The notes beneath the pieces are model-generated. The model did no database searches, was not told where the DNA came from, and saw only the letters and a list, made by a program, of their open reading frames with translations. From Pseudomonadota bacterium (GTDB lineage: Bacteria > Desulfobacterota > Desulfobulbia > Desulfobulbales > CALZHT01), in NCBI GenBank assembly GCA_018823135.1, contig JAHJJF010000126.1:14302-78301 (forward strand): DNA of 64,000 nucleotides, in the 5' to 3' direction. The position numbers and the translations under genes were made by a program. Positions 9,434 to 19,464 of the stretch are shown here, piece after piece. Position 1 is the first letter of the stretch, and every line of letters starts with the position of its first letter.

Positions 9434-10471
9434 TTACTCTTTAGCGGTTTCATCTGCTGCAGCTGGAGGCGGTGGCAATTCCTTTTCCACCGGCAGTCCC
9501 GCGTCAACCATGAACTCACGGAAATCATCCTCATAACCGGCATAGGAATGCGGTTTGATATTCGGATCGTTCCAAGGATTTACATGGCGGACCGAGCGAC
9601 TATTGTTGGCAAGATTCCGCGTCGGACTCATGAACACCCCGCCCAGATGCATCAATTTACTGAATGGGAAATAAGCCATGAGCGTACAAACCAGTGCAAC
9701 ATGGATAAAAAAGATTGATCCTATTTCACCAGTAAACTGCGGTGAAAAGGTGACCAGACCCATAAGCAATTTCTTGATGCTATCGATATCGACACGCAAA
9801 AAATAACGCATCAGGATACCGGTGCTGGCGATACCAAAAATAAGCAGTAATGGGAAATAATCGTTTGCAAGTGAAATGTAACGAATCTGGGGCATAAGAA
9901 CCCGGCGCACAAAAAGAAAGGTGACGGCAAGAAGTAAAATAAGACCCGACTGGTACAGAACCGGAACGCCGAGCTGCATAATACCGTCACCGAATTCCAA
10001 GGCCTGTACAAAAGATGGGACAGGATTGGTAAAAAGGCGCAAATGCCTTATAACAATAACAAGAAATGAATAATGAAACATCAGGCCGAACAGCCAGAGA
10101 TATTTACTTGAGCCGTATACCAGTTTTGGGCCGTCATGTACTTCCGCCTTCGTGTTTCTGAACAACGATCTGAAAAGAAATACCTCCAGAGCCATTCGGA
10201 TAAGCACGCCACTCAGGGTAGACGGATCATCAATCTTATCCTGTTTAATCCATGGCAACGAAGCAGCCTGACCACAGGTAGTTGGAATGCGGAATGGCAC
10301 CGGTGATTTCCCCCAATTTGTCACCCGGTAGATAAAGCCGCCGAGGAAAATTGCGAAGGTCACATAAGGTAAAACCACCCCAAACAACCATTGCCCTCCG
10401 GACACTTGCGCTCCGATAAGTGCCAATAGGATAATTGCCAAGACCGCAATTAAGGGATACAGGATTTTCAT
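9434..10471 (-). CDS. dsrM: DsrM, NarI-like dihaem cytochrome b membrane subunit
   Basis: A polytopic membrane protein that is first in the dsrMKJOP order. Its size and topology fit the NarI/HdrE type. Confidence 0.75.
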   Translation of the reverse strand: MKILYPLIAVLAIILLALIGAQVSGGQWLFGVVLPYVTFAIFLGGFIYRVTNWGKSPVPFRIPTTCGQAASLPWIKQDKIDDPSTLSGVLIRMALEVFLFRSLFRNTKAEVHDGPKLVYGSSKYLWLFGLMFHYSFLVIVIRHLRLFTNPVPSFVQALEFGDGIMQLGVPVLYQSGLILLLAVTFLFVRRVLMPQIRYISLANDYFPLLLIFGIASTGILMRYFLRVDIDSIKKLLMGLVTFSPQFTGEIGSIFFIHVALVCTLMAYFPFSKLMHLGGVFMSPTRNLANNSRSVRHVNPWNDPNIKPHSYAGYEDDFREFMVDAGLPVEKELPPPPAAADETAKE

Positions 10472-10641
10472 TTACTGTTACCTCGCATCAAGTTGTACTG
10501 TGAATGTTGATGATCTCTTAAAACGCCAAAAAAATTATACGCTTCTACCCGCCTCAGGCGGATTAAAGATTAATAAGAGGGAAACGCGTCAGTTGAATCT
10601 TTTCGTTGTCATGTTGGTCTCGCTTTCCAACATGACGGACA

Positions 10642-11247
10642 TCAACCCTGAATATTCTTTCCCTGAGCTTTTTCTCTTCGCACCACCGAGGAGGGACAGG
10701 GCATACCGTCGGTCAAGATGTGATTTCCCCTGGCGAATTCGTTTAACCGCACCTTGAAAATCCTTTCACGACTTTCCATATAAAGATCAAGAATCATGGA
10801 GCCGATTTTGTCCACCCTGGAATCTAATTCCATCCATTCATCCATACTCGGTTCGGGAAATTTTTCTTTACGGCAACAATTAAGGACGATTTTTTTCAGA
10901 TCGTAAACAAAATAAACGGCCTGGGATGGGGTGAAATCCTGTACCGCTCTGATTCTGACAAGTTGCTCAATGATCGAAGTGGCATTAACTGTTTCATCAT
11001 CACCACAGAATATTTTATAAAGATCAGTAAGACCCTGCTTGATACTGTGGCCCAATGGATTTGCAATCTGATCTTTTTGTTTTTGAAGAAAACGGTGTGC
11101 ACCTTCAGGATACGTATTCATGACGCTGTCAATCCATTGACCGAGAATACTTTCCTTATTTTCTTTCAAAAAAACCTGCAATTCCATAATATAATTAAAT
11201 TTTCCCAGGAAGTTAAAATCAGCGGCCTTGAAAATATGAATGCCCAT
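10642..11247 (-). CDS. Hypothetical protein, probably an RsbRD N-terminal-like (non-haem globin-like sensor) domain protein; start uncertain (11247 or 11187)
   Basis: The all-helical sequence QWIDSVMNTYPEGAHRFL...ANPLGHSI...VRIRAVQDFTPSQAVYFVYDLKKIV recalls the RsbRD_N family from memory. No clear Shine-Dalgarno precedes either ATG. Confidence 0.4.
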   Translation of the reverse strand: MGIHIFKAADFNFLGKFNYIMELQVFLKENKESILGQWIDSVMNTYPEGAHRFLQKQKDQIANPLGHSIKQGLTDLYKIFCGDDETVNATSIIEQLVRIRAVQDFTPSQAVYFVYDLKKIVLNCCRKEKFPEPSMDEWMELDSRVDKIGSMILDLYMESRERIFKVRLNEFARGNHILTDGMPCPSSVVRREKAQGKNIQG

Positions 11248-11397
11248 TCAGTAAAGTAAGAGAATTCCTAGCATGTTTAAAATCATTTTTCAACAAGAAA
11301 AAACAAGGGGCTTAAAAAAGGAGACCCAACATGTAAACCAGGAAGTACAACTTGAAGAAATCTTTGAGAATCAGGAACAGGGGATCAACCATTACCA

Positions 11398-11823
11398 TCA
11401 GGAGAGTGTATCAACGATCAAGCCGGTTTCATGATGCAGATTTGCCAATAAATGAGGAAGCTCGTCAAGGTCAATTACCATGTCCCGGACAATCGTACAG
11501 ACATGTTCGTTTGTACAATCGTAAACATCGAGAAAAAAACCGTCGTTGTCCTTGATCAGAACTAGATGAATCATTATGCCATGTGATTCCAGATTCTGAT
11601 TTACCCGATCAATCATGTTACGCACGTCATTTTGTTCGGCCTCAGACAGTGCTATCCTTTTCCCGGGCTTGTCCTCCCTGCTTTTTCTCCTGTTCCAGGC
11701 ACCTGAAAATCTGTCGATCCGCTTGACATGCGCTGCCCTTTCGGCGGGATCCATATCCTTGCGAAGTTCCTCGGGACTGCTGGCTGGAAGCGGCGAGGGA
11801 TTTTTTATTTCCTGAATAACCAT
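11398..11823 (-). CDS. Hypothetical small protein with a FlaG-like C-terminal pattern
   Basis: The C-terminus VNQNLESHGIMIHLVLIKDNDGFFLDVYDCTNEHVCTIVRDMVIDLDELPHLLANLHHETGLIVD resembles the FlaG family consensus as recalled. It lies 8 nt downstream of recD2. Confidence 0.35.
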   Translation of the reverse strand: MVIQEIKNPSPLPASSPEELRKDMDPAERAAHVKRIDRFSGAWNRRKSREDKPGKRIALSEAEQNDVRNMIDRVNQNLESHGIMIHLVLIKDNDGFFLDVYDCTNEHVCTIVRDMVIDLDELPHLLANLHHETGLIVDTLS

Positions 11824-11831
11824 AATCAGCT

Positions 11832-14069
11832 TTACCCTGAAATTCCTGGTCCGGATAATTCACGAGCCATTTTCCGCAACAACACAGATAACCGGGTGTT
11901 GCGCTTCAGTTCTTTATTATTGTGTATTGCAATTCCCAGGGCCTTCAAAGTACCGATGACAATTACCAGCTTCCTGCCTCTGGTGATTCCGGTATACAGT
12001 AAATTACGCTGCAGCATGGGATAATGGGTGGTGTGCACCGGAAAAATAATGCAGGGGAATTCCGACCCCTGGGATTTATGGACGGTGATCGCATAGGCCA
12101 GATCCAACTCGTTCAACTCGGAAATCTCGTAGCTGGTCTTTTTCCCATCGAAATCCACCGACAACACCTGGTCATTATCATCAATATACCTTACGAAACC
12201 GAGGTCACCATTAAAAACATCCTTATCGTAATTGTTCCTGATCTGCATCACCCGGTCACCGACTCGAAAGCGCCCGAGTCCGGTAGAGAAATCGCCGGTT
12301 GTCTTTTCAGGCCGCTCCCCGTCTTTGTTCAGAGTCTCCTGAAGCCGCAGGTTAAGATTCTCGGCGCCGATTATGCCTTTCCGCATGGGGGTTACTATCT
12401 GGATATCCATAAAGGGATCAAAGCCGTATTTTCTGGCAAGCCTTGTGGTGCAGAGGCTGATGATTTCCTGCTCTATTGCTTCAGGCGTCTGCCTGGCAAT
12501 AAAATAAAAATCCTTTTCGCCCTGATAGTCCTTCAATAAATCAATGGATTCGCCCTGGTTGATGCGTGCCGCATTCAAGCTTATCAAACTCCCTTCATCC
12601 TGGCGGAAAATACGCTTCAAAACCGTCACCGGAACCATTCCTGAGTCGATGATATCCCGCAGCACATTCCCTGGTCCCACCGAGGGCAACTGGTTGGCGT
12701 CACCAACAACTAACAGTGAAGATCCTGGGGCAACAGCCTTGATGAGAGAATTGGCCAGCAGAATATCCATCATCGACACTTCATCAATGATCACCAGGTC
12801 GGCGTTCAGGGGATTTTCTTCATTACATCTGAATCCGTAAATTGACGGATCAAACTCCAGCAGGCGGTGGATAGTTTTTGCTTCCCGGCCGCAGGCCTCA
12901 CCCAGTCGTTTGGCGGCCCGACCCGTGGGGGCGGCCAGCTTGACATGAACCCCCTGAGATTCCAGGATAAGGATCAACGCCTTCAAGATAGTACTCTTAC
13001 CTGTTCCCGGACCTCCGGTAATCACCGAAAAAGAAGATTTGAGGGCCATGCGCAACGCCTGATCCTGCTCCGGTGCAAGGGTGATATGCAATTTCTTCAG
13101 GGCCTTGGCAAGGGCCCGGTCCACATCAAAATCAGCTGGTACCAGGGTGCCTCTGGACAGGTCGAGGATGCGCCTGCACACGCCGCGCTCAGCATAAAAA
13201 AGCGGCGCCAGATACACATTGTTCTCCTCAACCACAATTCTTTCGTCCTCAATGAGGGCTGGAATCTGGTTTTCAAGAACTTCAGGCGACAGCTCAAGGA
13301 GTTCTCTGCCAAGGGCCAGGAGATCATCCATTGGCATATGACAATGCCCCTGGTCTGAAGCTTCGTTAAGCGCAAAAAGCAGGCCGGCGCGAGCCCTTCT
13401 GGGGTCCTGGACCGGCACACCCAGAGATAAGGCTATGCGATCGGCGATCTTGAAGCCGATCCCCCAGATATCCTCTGCCAGGCGATAGGGGTTTTCCTGA
13501 ACAACCTTAAGAGACTGTGCACCATAGGTTTTATAAATCTTGATGGCAAAGGTGGCTGAAATGCCGTGGCCCTGAAGAAAAACCATAACCCCGTGGATCT
13601 GCTTCTGGTCGACCCAGGCATCCTTGATACTGGTGATGAGTTTTTTGCCAAGCCCCCGGACTTCCAAAAGCCTGTCGGGATCTTTTTCAAGGATATCAAG
13701 AGTTGCAAGCCCGAAATGTTTAACGATCCGCTTTGCATAGGCCGGGCCGACGCCTTTGATAAGGCCGGAGCCAAGATAACGCTCCATGCCGTTTAAGGTG
13801 TTGGGCTTAAGTATGGTATAGGATGTGATTTTGAACTGTATACCGTGGCGGGAATCATTTTCAAAGTAGCCGGAAAGCCGGAGGGTAGAACCTACAGGAA
13901 CCCCTAAAATAGGACCGACAATGGTGGTGAGATCTCTGCCTTTTCCGGGTTCCTTCAAACGGGCAACAGTGAAACCATTCTCTTCGTTCTGATAAGTGAC
14001 CCGCTCAAGAATACCGGATATTTCTTCGCTGGACGGGTTTGGCATATCTGGCTTCCGCTTATAACTCAA
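11832..14069 (-). CDS. recD2: RecD2-type SF1B ATP-dependent DNA helicase (RecD/TraA family)
   Basis: Walker A TGGPGTGKST, Walker B VIIDEVSMMD, and the C-terminal motif AITVHKSQGSEF. The TTG start at 14069 overlaps the upstream MBL gene; an alternative ATG lies at 14045. Confidence 0.85.
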   Translation of the reverse strand: MSYKRKPDMPNPSSEEISGILERVTYQNEENGFTVARLKEPGKGRDLTTIVGPILGVPVGSTLRLSGYFENDSRHGIQFKITSYTILKPNTLNGMERYLGSGLIKGVGPAYAKRIVKHFGLATLDILEKDPDRLLEVRGLGKKLITSIKDAWVDQKQIHGVMVFLQGHGISATFAIKIYKTYGAQSLKVVQENPYRLAEDIWGIGFKIADRIALSLGVPVQDPRRARAGLLFALNEASDQGHCHMPMDDLLALGRELLELSPEVLENQIPALIEDERIVVEENNVYLAPLFYAERGVCRRILDLSRGTLVPADFDVDRALAKALKKLHITLAPEQDQALRMALKSSFSVITGGPGTGKSTILKALILILESQGVHVKLAAPTGRAAKRLGEACGREAKTIHRLLEFDPSIYGFRCNEENPLNADLVIIDEVSMMDILLANSLIKAVAPGSSLLVVGDANQLPSVGPGNVLRDIIDSGMVPVTVLKRIFRQDEGSLISLNAARINQGESIDLLKDYQGEKDFYFIARQTPEAIEQEIISLCTTRLARKYGFDPFMDIQIVTPMRKGIIGAENLNLRLQETLNKDGERPEKTTGDFSTGLGRFRVGDRVMQIRNNYDKDVFNGDLGFVRYIDDNDQVLSVDFDGKKTSYEISELNELDLAYAITVHKSQGSEFPCIIFPVHTTHYPMLQRNLLYTGITRGRKLVIVIGTLKALGIAIHNNKELKRNTRLSVLLRKMARELSGPGISG

Positions 14070-14967
14070 TCACCATACCCTCACGGGCGAAAAAAACATC
14101 TGTGGGCCCGTACTTTCCCGGAACACAATATACCTTGGAAAGCTCCTCAATATTCTGGTCGGAACGCATCGGGTCATGATGAAACAGGGCCAGAGCTTTC
14201 ACTCCCATTCGATTTGCGGATTCAATGGCAAACTCCATGGGCGTATGCCCCCAGTCAACTTTAGAGGCATACTCCGCCTTGGTGTACTGAGCGTCATAAA
14301 CCAACAGGTCCGCGCCGGTTATAAGTTCTTCAATCATGCGGTTCTGTTCATCAACAATTGGTTGGGCCTCCAAGGCGGTTGCCTCGTCATAGGAAGGGTC
14401 GGAAGGGTCATCAAAGCCATTCCTGAAAGGTTCCGTATCATAACAGGTGCAAAACACCTTGCCGTTATATTCAAATCGATAGCCGATGCAGGTAATGGGG
14501 TGATTCAGATATTTGGTTATCAATTTAGCCCCGCCGCCGAGATCGAACACCTCTTCTTTCAATTCAACATAGCTGATATCCGCTGCAAGCCAGTTCTCGT
14601 TGATAGGGAAATATCGGTAAGTCAACTGGCCGCCCACAGCCTTTTCAAGGGAGACCTCATGATTGATCGGCCCGTGGACTTTTATCTTGGTTCCTGGGAT
14701 ATAACTTGGCGTAAAAAATGGAAACCCCATGATGTGGTCCCAATGGGTGTGGGTCAGATAAATATCAGCATTGATCGGCCCCTTGGGAAGATCATTTGCC
14801 ATTATGAAATTTCCCAGTTCGCGAATACCGGACCCTGCATCAATTATGATCACCCGATCAATGCCTGGAATCCGTACTTCAATGCAGGCCGTATTGCCGC
14901 CGTATTGAACCGTTGCCGGCCCCGGGCAGGGAATCGACCCCCGCACTCCCCAGAATTTTATCTTCAT
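14059..14967 (-). CDS. MBL-fold metallo-hydrolase
   Basis: THTHWDH metal-binding motif with later conserved His/Asp residues (ALFHHDP). Confidence 0.75.
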   Translation of the reverse strand: MKIKFWGVRGSIPCPGPATVQYGGNTACIEVRIPGIDRVIIIDAGSGIRELGNFIMANDLPKGPINADIYLTHTHWDHIMGFPFFTPSYIPGTKIKVHGPINHEVSLEKAVGGQLTYRYFPINENWLAADISYVELKEEVFDLGGGAKLITKYLNHPITCIGYRFEYNGKVFCTCYDTEPFRNGFDDPSDPSYDEATALEAQPIVDEQNRMIEELITGADLLVYDAQYTKAEYASKVDWGHTPMEFAIESANRMGVKALALFHHDPMRSDQNIEELSKVYCVPGKYGPTDVFFAREGMVIEL

Positions 14968-15157
14968 ATTCAGCAGGCACTCCTGAAAAATTGACAGACT
15001 CGTAGATAAGTCTCTGCAGCAAAAGGTCCACCAAACAATAACAGCATGTTACAAGTTAGTAACTCGATGAAATCAGTCTGTTACGATTTCATCAAAAATT
15101 TAATACCGCTTACATACAAATAATCATGAACTGCGCCAAAACACTATGCCGAATCTG

Positions 15158-16045
15158 CTACTTGGTAACTTGGAGAAAAATCTGCGCCTTCTCAATTTCC
15201 TGGTCCACGGTTCCCTGAAGCGCTGCCAAAGCCGGCCAGTCCATTTTGGTAATCTCCAACAGGCGATGAATGGTCGGGACCTCCTGAAAATGGTCCCCGG
15301 CGCTCCCTACTTCATAAACGTTGGCATATAAATTTGCAAGTGCAACAATGGAAACAAGCCGCCTGTTGCTTGCCGCAGCCTTCCCGGGGGCATGATGACA
15401 ACACATCGTATCAACGATGATCTCTGAAAGCTGCCATTTTTCGCCAATCATCTTGCCCACTGCCCCGTGATCAAAACCGAGTATCAGGGCTTCGGCACGA
15501 TGAAGATGTGCTTCTTCAAGCCCGGCCAGTTCAAGTGCCTGGCGGTATTCCTCGGCAAATCGGAAATTCAACGGGATCTTGCCAAGATCATGAAGGAGTC
15601 CTGCAACAAAATATTCCTCCAGCTCCTGCTTGGGTACTCCCTTGATCACCGCAATAGCCTTGGCAGTGACCCCGACGCAGATGGAATGGGTCCAGAAGGC
15701 ATCCATGGGCAATGACCGGAAAGATTCTTCATTGCCGATGTTTTCAAGAATCGCCGTACTCAAGGCAAGATTCTTTACGGTGTTCAGGCCGAGCATGATT
15801 ATCGCCCGGGTAAGCGAGGTGATCTGGTTGGGGAGCGAATAATAGGCGGAGTTAATAAGTTTCAGTACCTGGCCGGTGAGAACCGGATCAAGGGAAATAA
15901 CCCGGTTGAGATCATTGGGGGATGTATTGGGACGGTTGCAAATCTCAAGAACCTTGGTCACCGTAGTCGATAGACTCGGCATCCTGTCGATATAGTTCTG
16001 TATTTTCTTAAATCGCTGCTCAGTGGACAGCACAGGATCAAGCAT
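15158..16045 (-). CDS. HDOD domain signalling protein
   Basis: MPSLSTTVTKVLEICNRPNTSPNDLNRVISLDPVLTGQVLKLINSAYY plus LLHDLGK form the HDOD/HD-like pattern. Confidence 0.75.
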   Translation of the reverse strand: MLDPVLSTEQRFKKIQNYIDRMPSLSTTVTKVLEICNRPNTSPNDLNRVISLDPVLTGQVLKLINSAYYSLPNQITSLTRAIIMLGLNTVKNLALSTAILENIGNEESFRSLPMDAFWTHSICVGVTAKAIAVIKGVPKQELEEYFVAGLLHDLGKIPLNFRFAEEYRQALELAGLEEAHLHRAEALILGFDHGAVGKMIGEKWQLSEIIVDTMCCHHAPGKAAASNRRLVSIVALANLYANVYEVGSAGDHFQEVPTIHRLLEITKMDWPALAALQGTVDQEIEKAQIFLQVTK

Positions 16046-16229
16046 GATTATATTCTAAAGAAGCCTGCCGGCTTCATCTGGAGTTATGTGAATTATTCCG
16101 GTTCACAGGAAGATTTGAATCCGCCCGGCAGCCCACGTAAGCTGCAATCAAAACGGAACCGTTTCGTTCTAACGCATGAATTTATTGAATACGACTATAC
16201 CGCCAAAATCTTTCCGGTTCATCGATTAC

Positions 16230-16469
16230 TGTCGGACTCGCAGATACGCGAGAGTATCGAGACTCCGAAAGCCTTCGTCGGACGTGTACTTCACCTTTTA
16301 CCAACTTAAATTAGTGAAGGCGATAATTCAGTATCCCATTTCTATGAGACTATCAGTTATTGTCGGACTCGTAAAAAACACTCGTCGGACGTGTATTCCA
16401 CCTTTAACTTAACTGAAATTAATGGAGGCGATAATTCAGTGTCCCATTTTCATGAGACTATCAGTTGTT
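16230..16469 (+). repeat. Two tandem, diverged copies (about 131 bp and about 109 bp) of an intergenic element
   Basis: Copy 1 (16230-16360) and copy 2 (16361-16469) share three blocks: TGTCGGACTCG, TCGTCGGACGTGTAYTYCACCTTT, and GGCGATAATTCAGTRTCCCATTTYYATGAGACTATCAGTTRTTG. Copy 1 carries an extra hairpin-forming insert. Confidence 0.8.
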
Positions 16470-16751
16470 GAAGCATAGCAGAATCAATCGCAATAAATAA
16501 AGTGTAATTTTTCCGGCAATGTTTACCACTCAAACTGCATGTAGAACGACCGGAAAGGCAACTTCATCTGTTTTGATCAACAACCGTGCCTTACCAGAAA
16601 ACCCCTGATCATTTCATCAATTATCTGGAATCACGTCCTGCCGGTTTCATTGGTCAGCATCCGGACGCAACACAGAAACCGAAGAAAGGTCCTCCCCAAC
16701 CGGCCTGGTAAAAGTGCTGTTAGCGCTTCATTCAGAGTATTATCCTGCTCC

Positions 16752-17798
16752 TCATTTTTGATCTTCAGCAATGGTCATCCCATCATTTTTTTGATGAATA
16801 AGCCTGTAAACCTTGTCTACGGTGAGATCTTCCATGCAAATCCAATTGTCGCAGGGTTTCCACCGATAGCATGGGGCGCAGGAAACATCTTCACGGATGA
16901 TTGTGTGAATATCGCCATATGGTCCGGTGCGCAGCGGATTTGCCGGACCAAAAATTGCAAAAACCGGCACATTGAGCGCCGCGGCGATATGCATGGGGCC
17001 AGTGTCGTTTGATATAAGAAAACGGGCTTTGCTGATTACCGCAATCAGTTCTTTCAAGCCTGTTTCCCCGGCAACGGAAATAGCCTTGCCCTTTGAAGCC
17101 AGGACAACTTCCTCTGCCAGGGCCGCATCGGTTTTACTGCTGACCACCACGGACTGGACAGGAAGTCTTGAAGCCAGTTCACCAAATCGCGCAGCAGGCC
17201 ACCGGTTGGCCTCTTTCCCGGCCGAAGGGACCATGACCGCATATTGCCGGGGAAGTCGATTCATTACCGGCGGATTTTCGTCATAGGGCGCAAAAGGATA
17301 TTGTATGTCACTGATGTCGCAGCCCAGAAATTGGGCTATTTTCAAATATCTGTCAATGGCATGGATTTCGGTGCCGCCTTCAATTTTATGGGTATAGAAA
17401 AACGGACTGCCCTCATCAGACTCCTTGAAACCGAGTTTGACCCTGGCCCTTGACGCCCAGGTCATGAGCCCGCTCCGCAACAGACCGGACAAATCCACCG
17501 ATATATCAAAACGTTCTTTTTTCAGCCCGGACGAAAGAGCGCTGATCTCCTTTAAGGTCTGAGGCAGGCAAGAGAGTTTTTTCCAGTTATCCTTGTTGAT
17601 AACCCAGAGCTTGTCAATCAGCGGATGACCTTCAAGAAAGGTATGAAGCCCTTTGGCAACAATCCAGTGCACTGAAAGTTCAGGGAACTTTTTTTTCACG
17701 GCATACAGAAAGGGCAGCGAATGAACAATATCCCCGAGAGCGCTGGGCTTGATGATCAGCAGTTTGCGGGGAGATTCTGAAATAACGGACATCGGCAT
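16752..17798 (-). CDS. Glycosyltransferase family 9, heptosyltransferase I-like
   Basis: LLIIKPSALGDIVHSLPFLYAVKKKFPE is a typical GT9 N-terminus, and NDTGPMHIAAAL is also present. The start at 17798 is preceded by GAGGGGA just after the gmhB stop. Confidence 0.7.
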   Translation of the reverse strand: MPMSVISESPRKLLIIKPSALGDIVHSLPFLYAVKKKFPELSVHWIVAKGLHTFLEGHPLIDKLWVINKDNWKKLSCLPQTLKEISALSSGLKKERFDISVDLSGLLRSGLMTWASRARVKLGFKESDEGSPFFYTHKIEGGTEIHAIDRYLKIAQFLGCDISDIQYPFAPYDENPPVMNRLPRQYAVMVPSAGKEANRWPAARFGELASRLPVQSVVVSSKTDAALAEEVVLASKGKAISVAGETGLKELIAVISKARFLISNDTGPMHIAAALNVPVFAIFGPANPLRTGPYGDIHTIIREDVSCAPCYRWKPCDNWICMEDLTVDKVYRLIHQKNDGMTIAEDQK

Positions 17799-17805
17799 CG
17801 TCCCC

Positions 17806-18384
17806 TCAGTCATCCTGCATATCTTCAAGAATCCACTGAACGGCGTCCAGAAGATTCTCCGCTATGTAATGGGGTTGAATTGTCTGCTCCGGGCCGATAT
17901 AATCCCGGTCGCCGCGGCCGTAACCGGTGAGGACAAGCACCCCTTTAGCGCCGATCGCGGCCCCGGCCTTGAGATCAGACCACCGGTCGCCGACAACATA
18001 GGAGCGCTGCAGATCAATCCCTAGAACTTCGGCGGCCTTGGTAAACAGTCCGGTTTTGGGTTTCCGGCAATCACAGTCGAGGCGGAATTTCGCCTCTTTT
18101 GCCTCGGGATGGTGAGGACAGACATAGATGCCGTCAACATGGGCGCCCTTTTCAGCAAGCTCCCTTTCCATGAGCGCATGCATGGCGATTAACAGCGACT
18201 CGGGAAAATAGCCTCGCGCCAGTCCCGACTGATTGGTAACCACCACTGCCGGGATGTCGTGCTCATTTAATAAACGAATAGCCGCGGCAGCATGGGGCAA
18301 CATCCTGAAACGCGAAATATGGTTCAAATAGCCCATCTGCTCGTTGATCGTTCCATCCCTGTCAAGAAACACAGCGGGTCTCAT
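17806..18384 (-). CDS. gmhB: D-glycero-beta-D-manno-heptose-1,7-bisphosphate 7-phosphatase (HAD-IIIA)
   Basis: FLDRDGTIN, CPHHP...CDCRKPKTG and VVGDRWSD motifs. Confidence 0.8.
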   Translation of the reverse strand: MRPAVFLDRDGTINEQMGYLNHISRFRMLPHAAAAIRLLNEHDIPAVVVTNQSGLARGYFPESLLIAMHALMERELAEKGAHVDGIYVCPHHPEAKEAKFRLDCDCRKPKTGLFTKAAEVLGIDLQRSYVVGDRWSDLKAGAAIGAKGVLVLTGYGRGDRDYIGPEQTIQPHYIAENLLDAVQWILEDMQDD

Positions 18385-18408
18385 ATAATTTTCACCTTTT
18401 TGATGATC

Positions 18409-19464
18409 TTATGCTTTATGCAGAGAATTATCGGCTAGAAGTTTTTTGACCGCCTCCAGTACTTCCTCTACATGGATATCCATCATACACCGAAAATCGG
18501 TCTTGCATGTTTCTTTAAGGCACGGGCTGCAGGGCAAATCCTTTTGGATGACCACGGAATTATCTGAAAACGGCCCGGTTGCAACGGCATCTGTCGATCC
18601 GAAAATCGCTGCCAGCGGTGTTTTGAGCGCAGCGCCGACATGCATCAACCCCGAATCATTGGTCACAAAGGCATCACACACACTGATCAGGGCCATGGCC
18701 TCTTCCAGAGTGGTTTTCCCTGCAAGATCAATCACATTATCCGGCGCAAAACCGCTGATTACCGCGGTTGCCTCTTGATCAGCCGCAGTGCCGAAAACCA
18801 ACATGGTTGCGGAAAGCTCCGACGCCAGTCTTCCTGCAAGGCGGCCGTATTTTTCATCAGGCCAGCGTTTAGCCGGCCCATAGGCGGCGCCGGGATTAAG
18901 GCCGATAACCGGACCGGCCTTTTTATCTTTAACAAATTGCCGGGCCCATTGGACAACCTTCGGAGTCAGCTGGAGAAAAAGCTCATCAGGGCCGCATACC
19001 AGGCCAAGCTCCTTCATTATATTCTGATAATAATAAACCTGATGGAGCTGCTTTATGCTTTTTTTCAGTTTGACACCATGGGTAAGCAGCCCTCCCCTGC
19101 CGTCGGTGCTGTACCCGGCGATAGCAGGAATCCGGGCGATCCGGGCAATCACCGCCGCCTCAAAGGCATTCTGCAGGAGAATTGTCAGGTCGAAATCATG
19201 AGTCGCCAGTTGCCGCCCCAAGCGCCAGATGCCGGCGATGCCAATATGTTCGGTTTTCTTTTTGTATTCAATAACTTCATCAACATGGGGGCTTGCACGA
19301 AACACATCCGCAACCCACGGATGGGAGAGAATTGCGATATGCGCTTCCGGAAAATTTTCACGGATGGTACGCACCGCAGGGGTGGTCATTATCGCATCAC
19401 CAATCCAGTTGGTGGAACGGATGAGAATTTTTTCAGGTTGCAGTTTTTTTATTGAATGGGGCAT
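18409..19464 (-). CDS. waaF: Lipopolysaccharide heptosyltransferase II (GT9)
   Basis: KILIRSTNWIGDAIMTTPAVRTIRENFPEA and TNDSGLMHVGAAL, in context with gmhB. Confidence 0.7.
   Translation of the reverse strand: MPHSIKKLQPEKILIRSTNWIGDAIMTTPAVRTIRENFPEAHIAILSHPWVADVFRASPHVDEVIEYKKKTEHIGIAGIWRLGRQLATHDFDLTILLQNAFEAAVIARIARIPAIAGYSTDGRGGLLTHGVKLKKSIKQLHQVYYYQNIMKELGLVCGPDELFLQLTPKVVQWARQFVKDKKAGPVIGLNPGAAYGPAKRWPDEKYGRLAGRLASELSATMLVFGTAADQEATAVISGFAPDNVIDLAGKTTLEEAMALISVCDAFVTNDSGLMHVGAALKTPLAAIFGSTDAVATGPFSDNSVVIQKDLPCSPCLKETCKTDFRCMMDIHVEEVLEAVKKLLADNSLHKA

Noticed and set aside
16230-16469. Possible CRISPR array
   Set aside because: There are only two long (about 110-130 bp) abutting diverged copies, with no short repeat/unique spacer alternation and no cas genes in the window.
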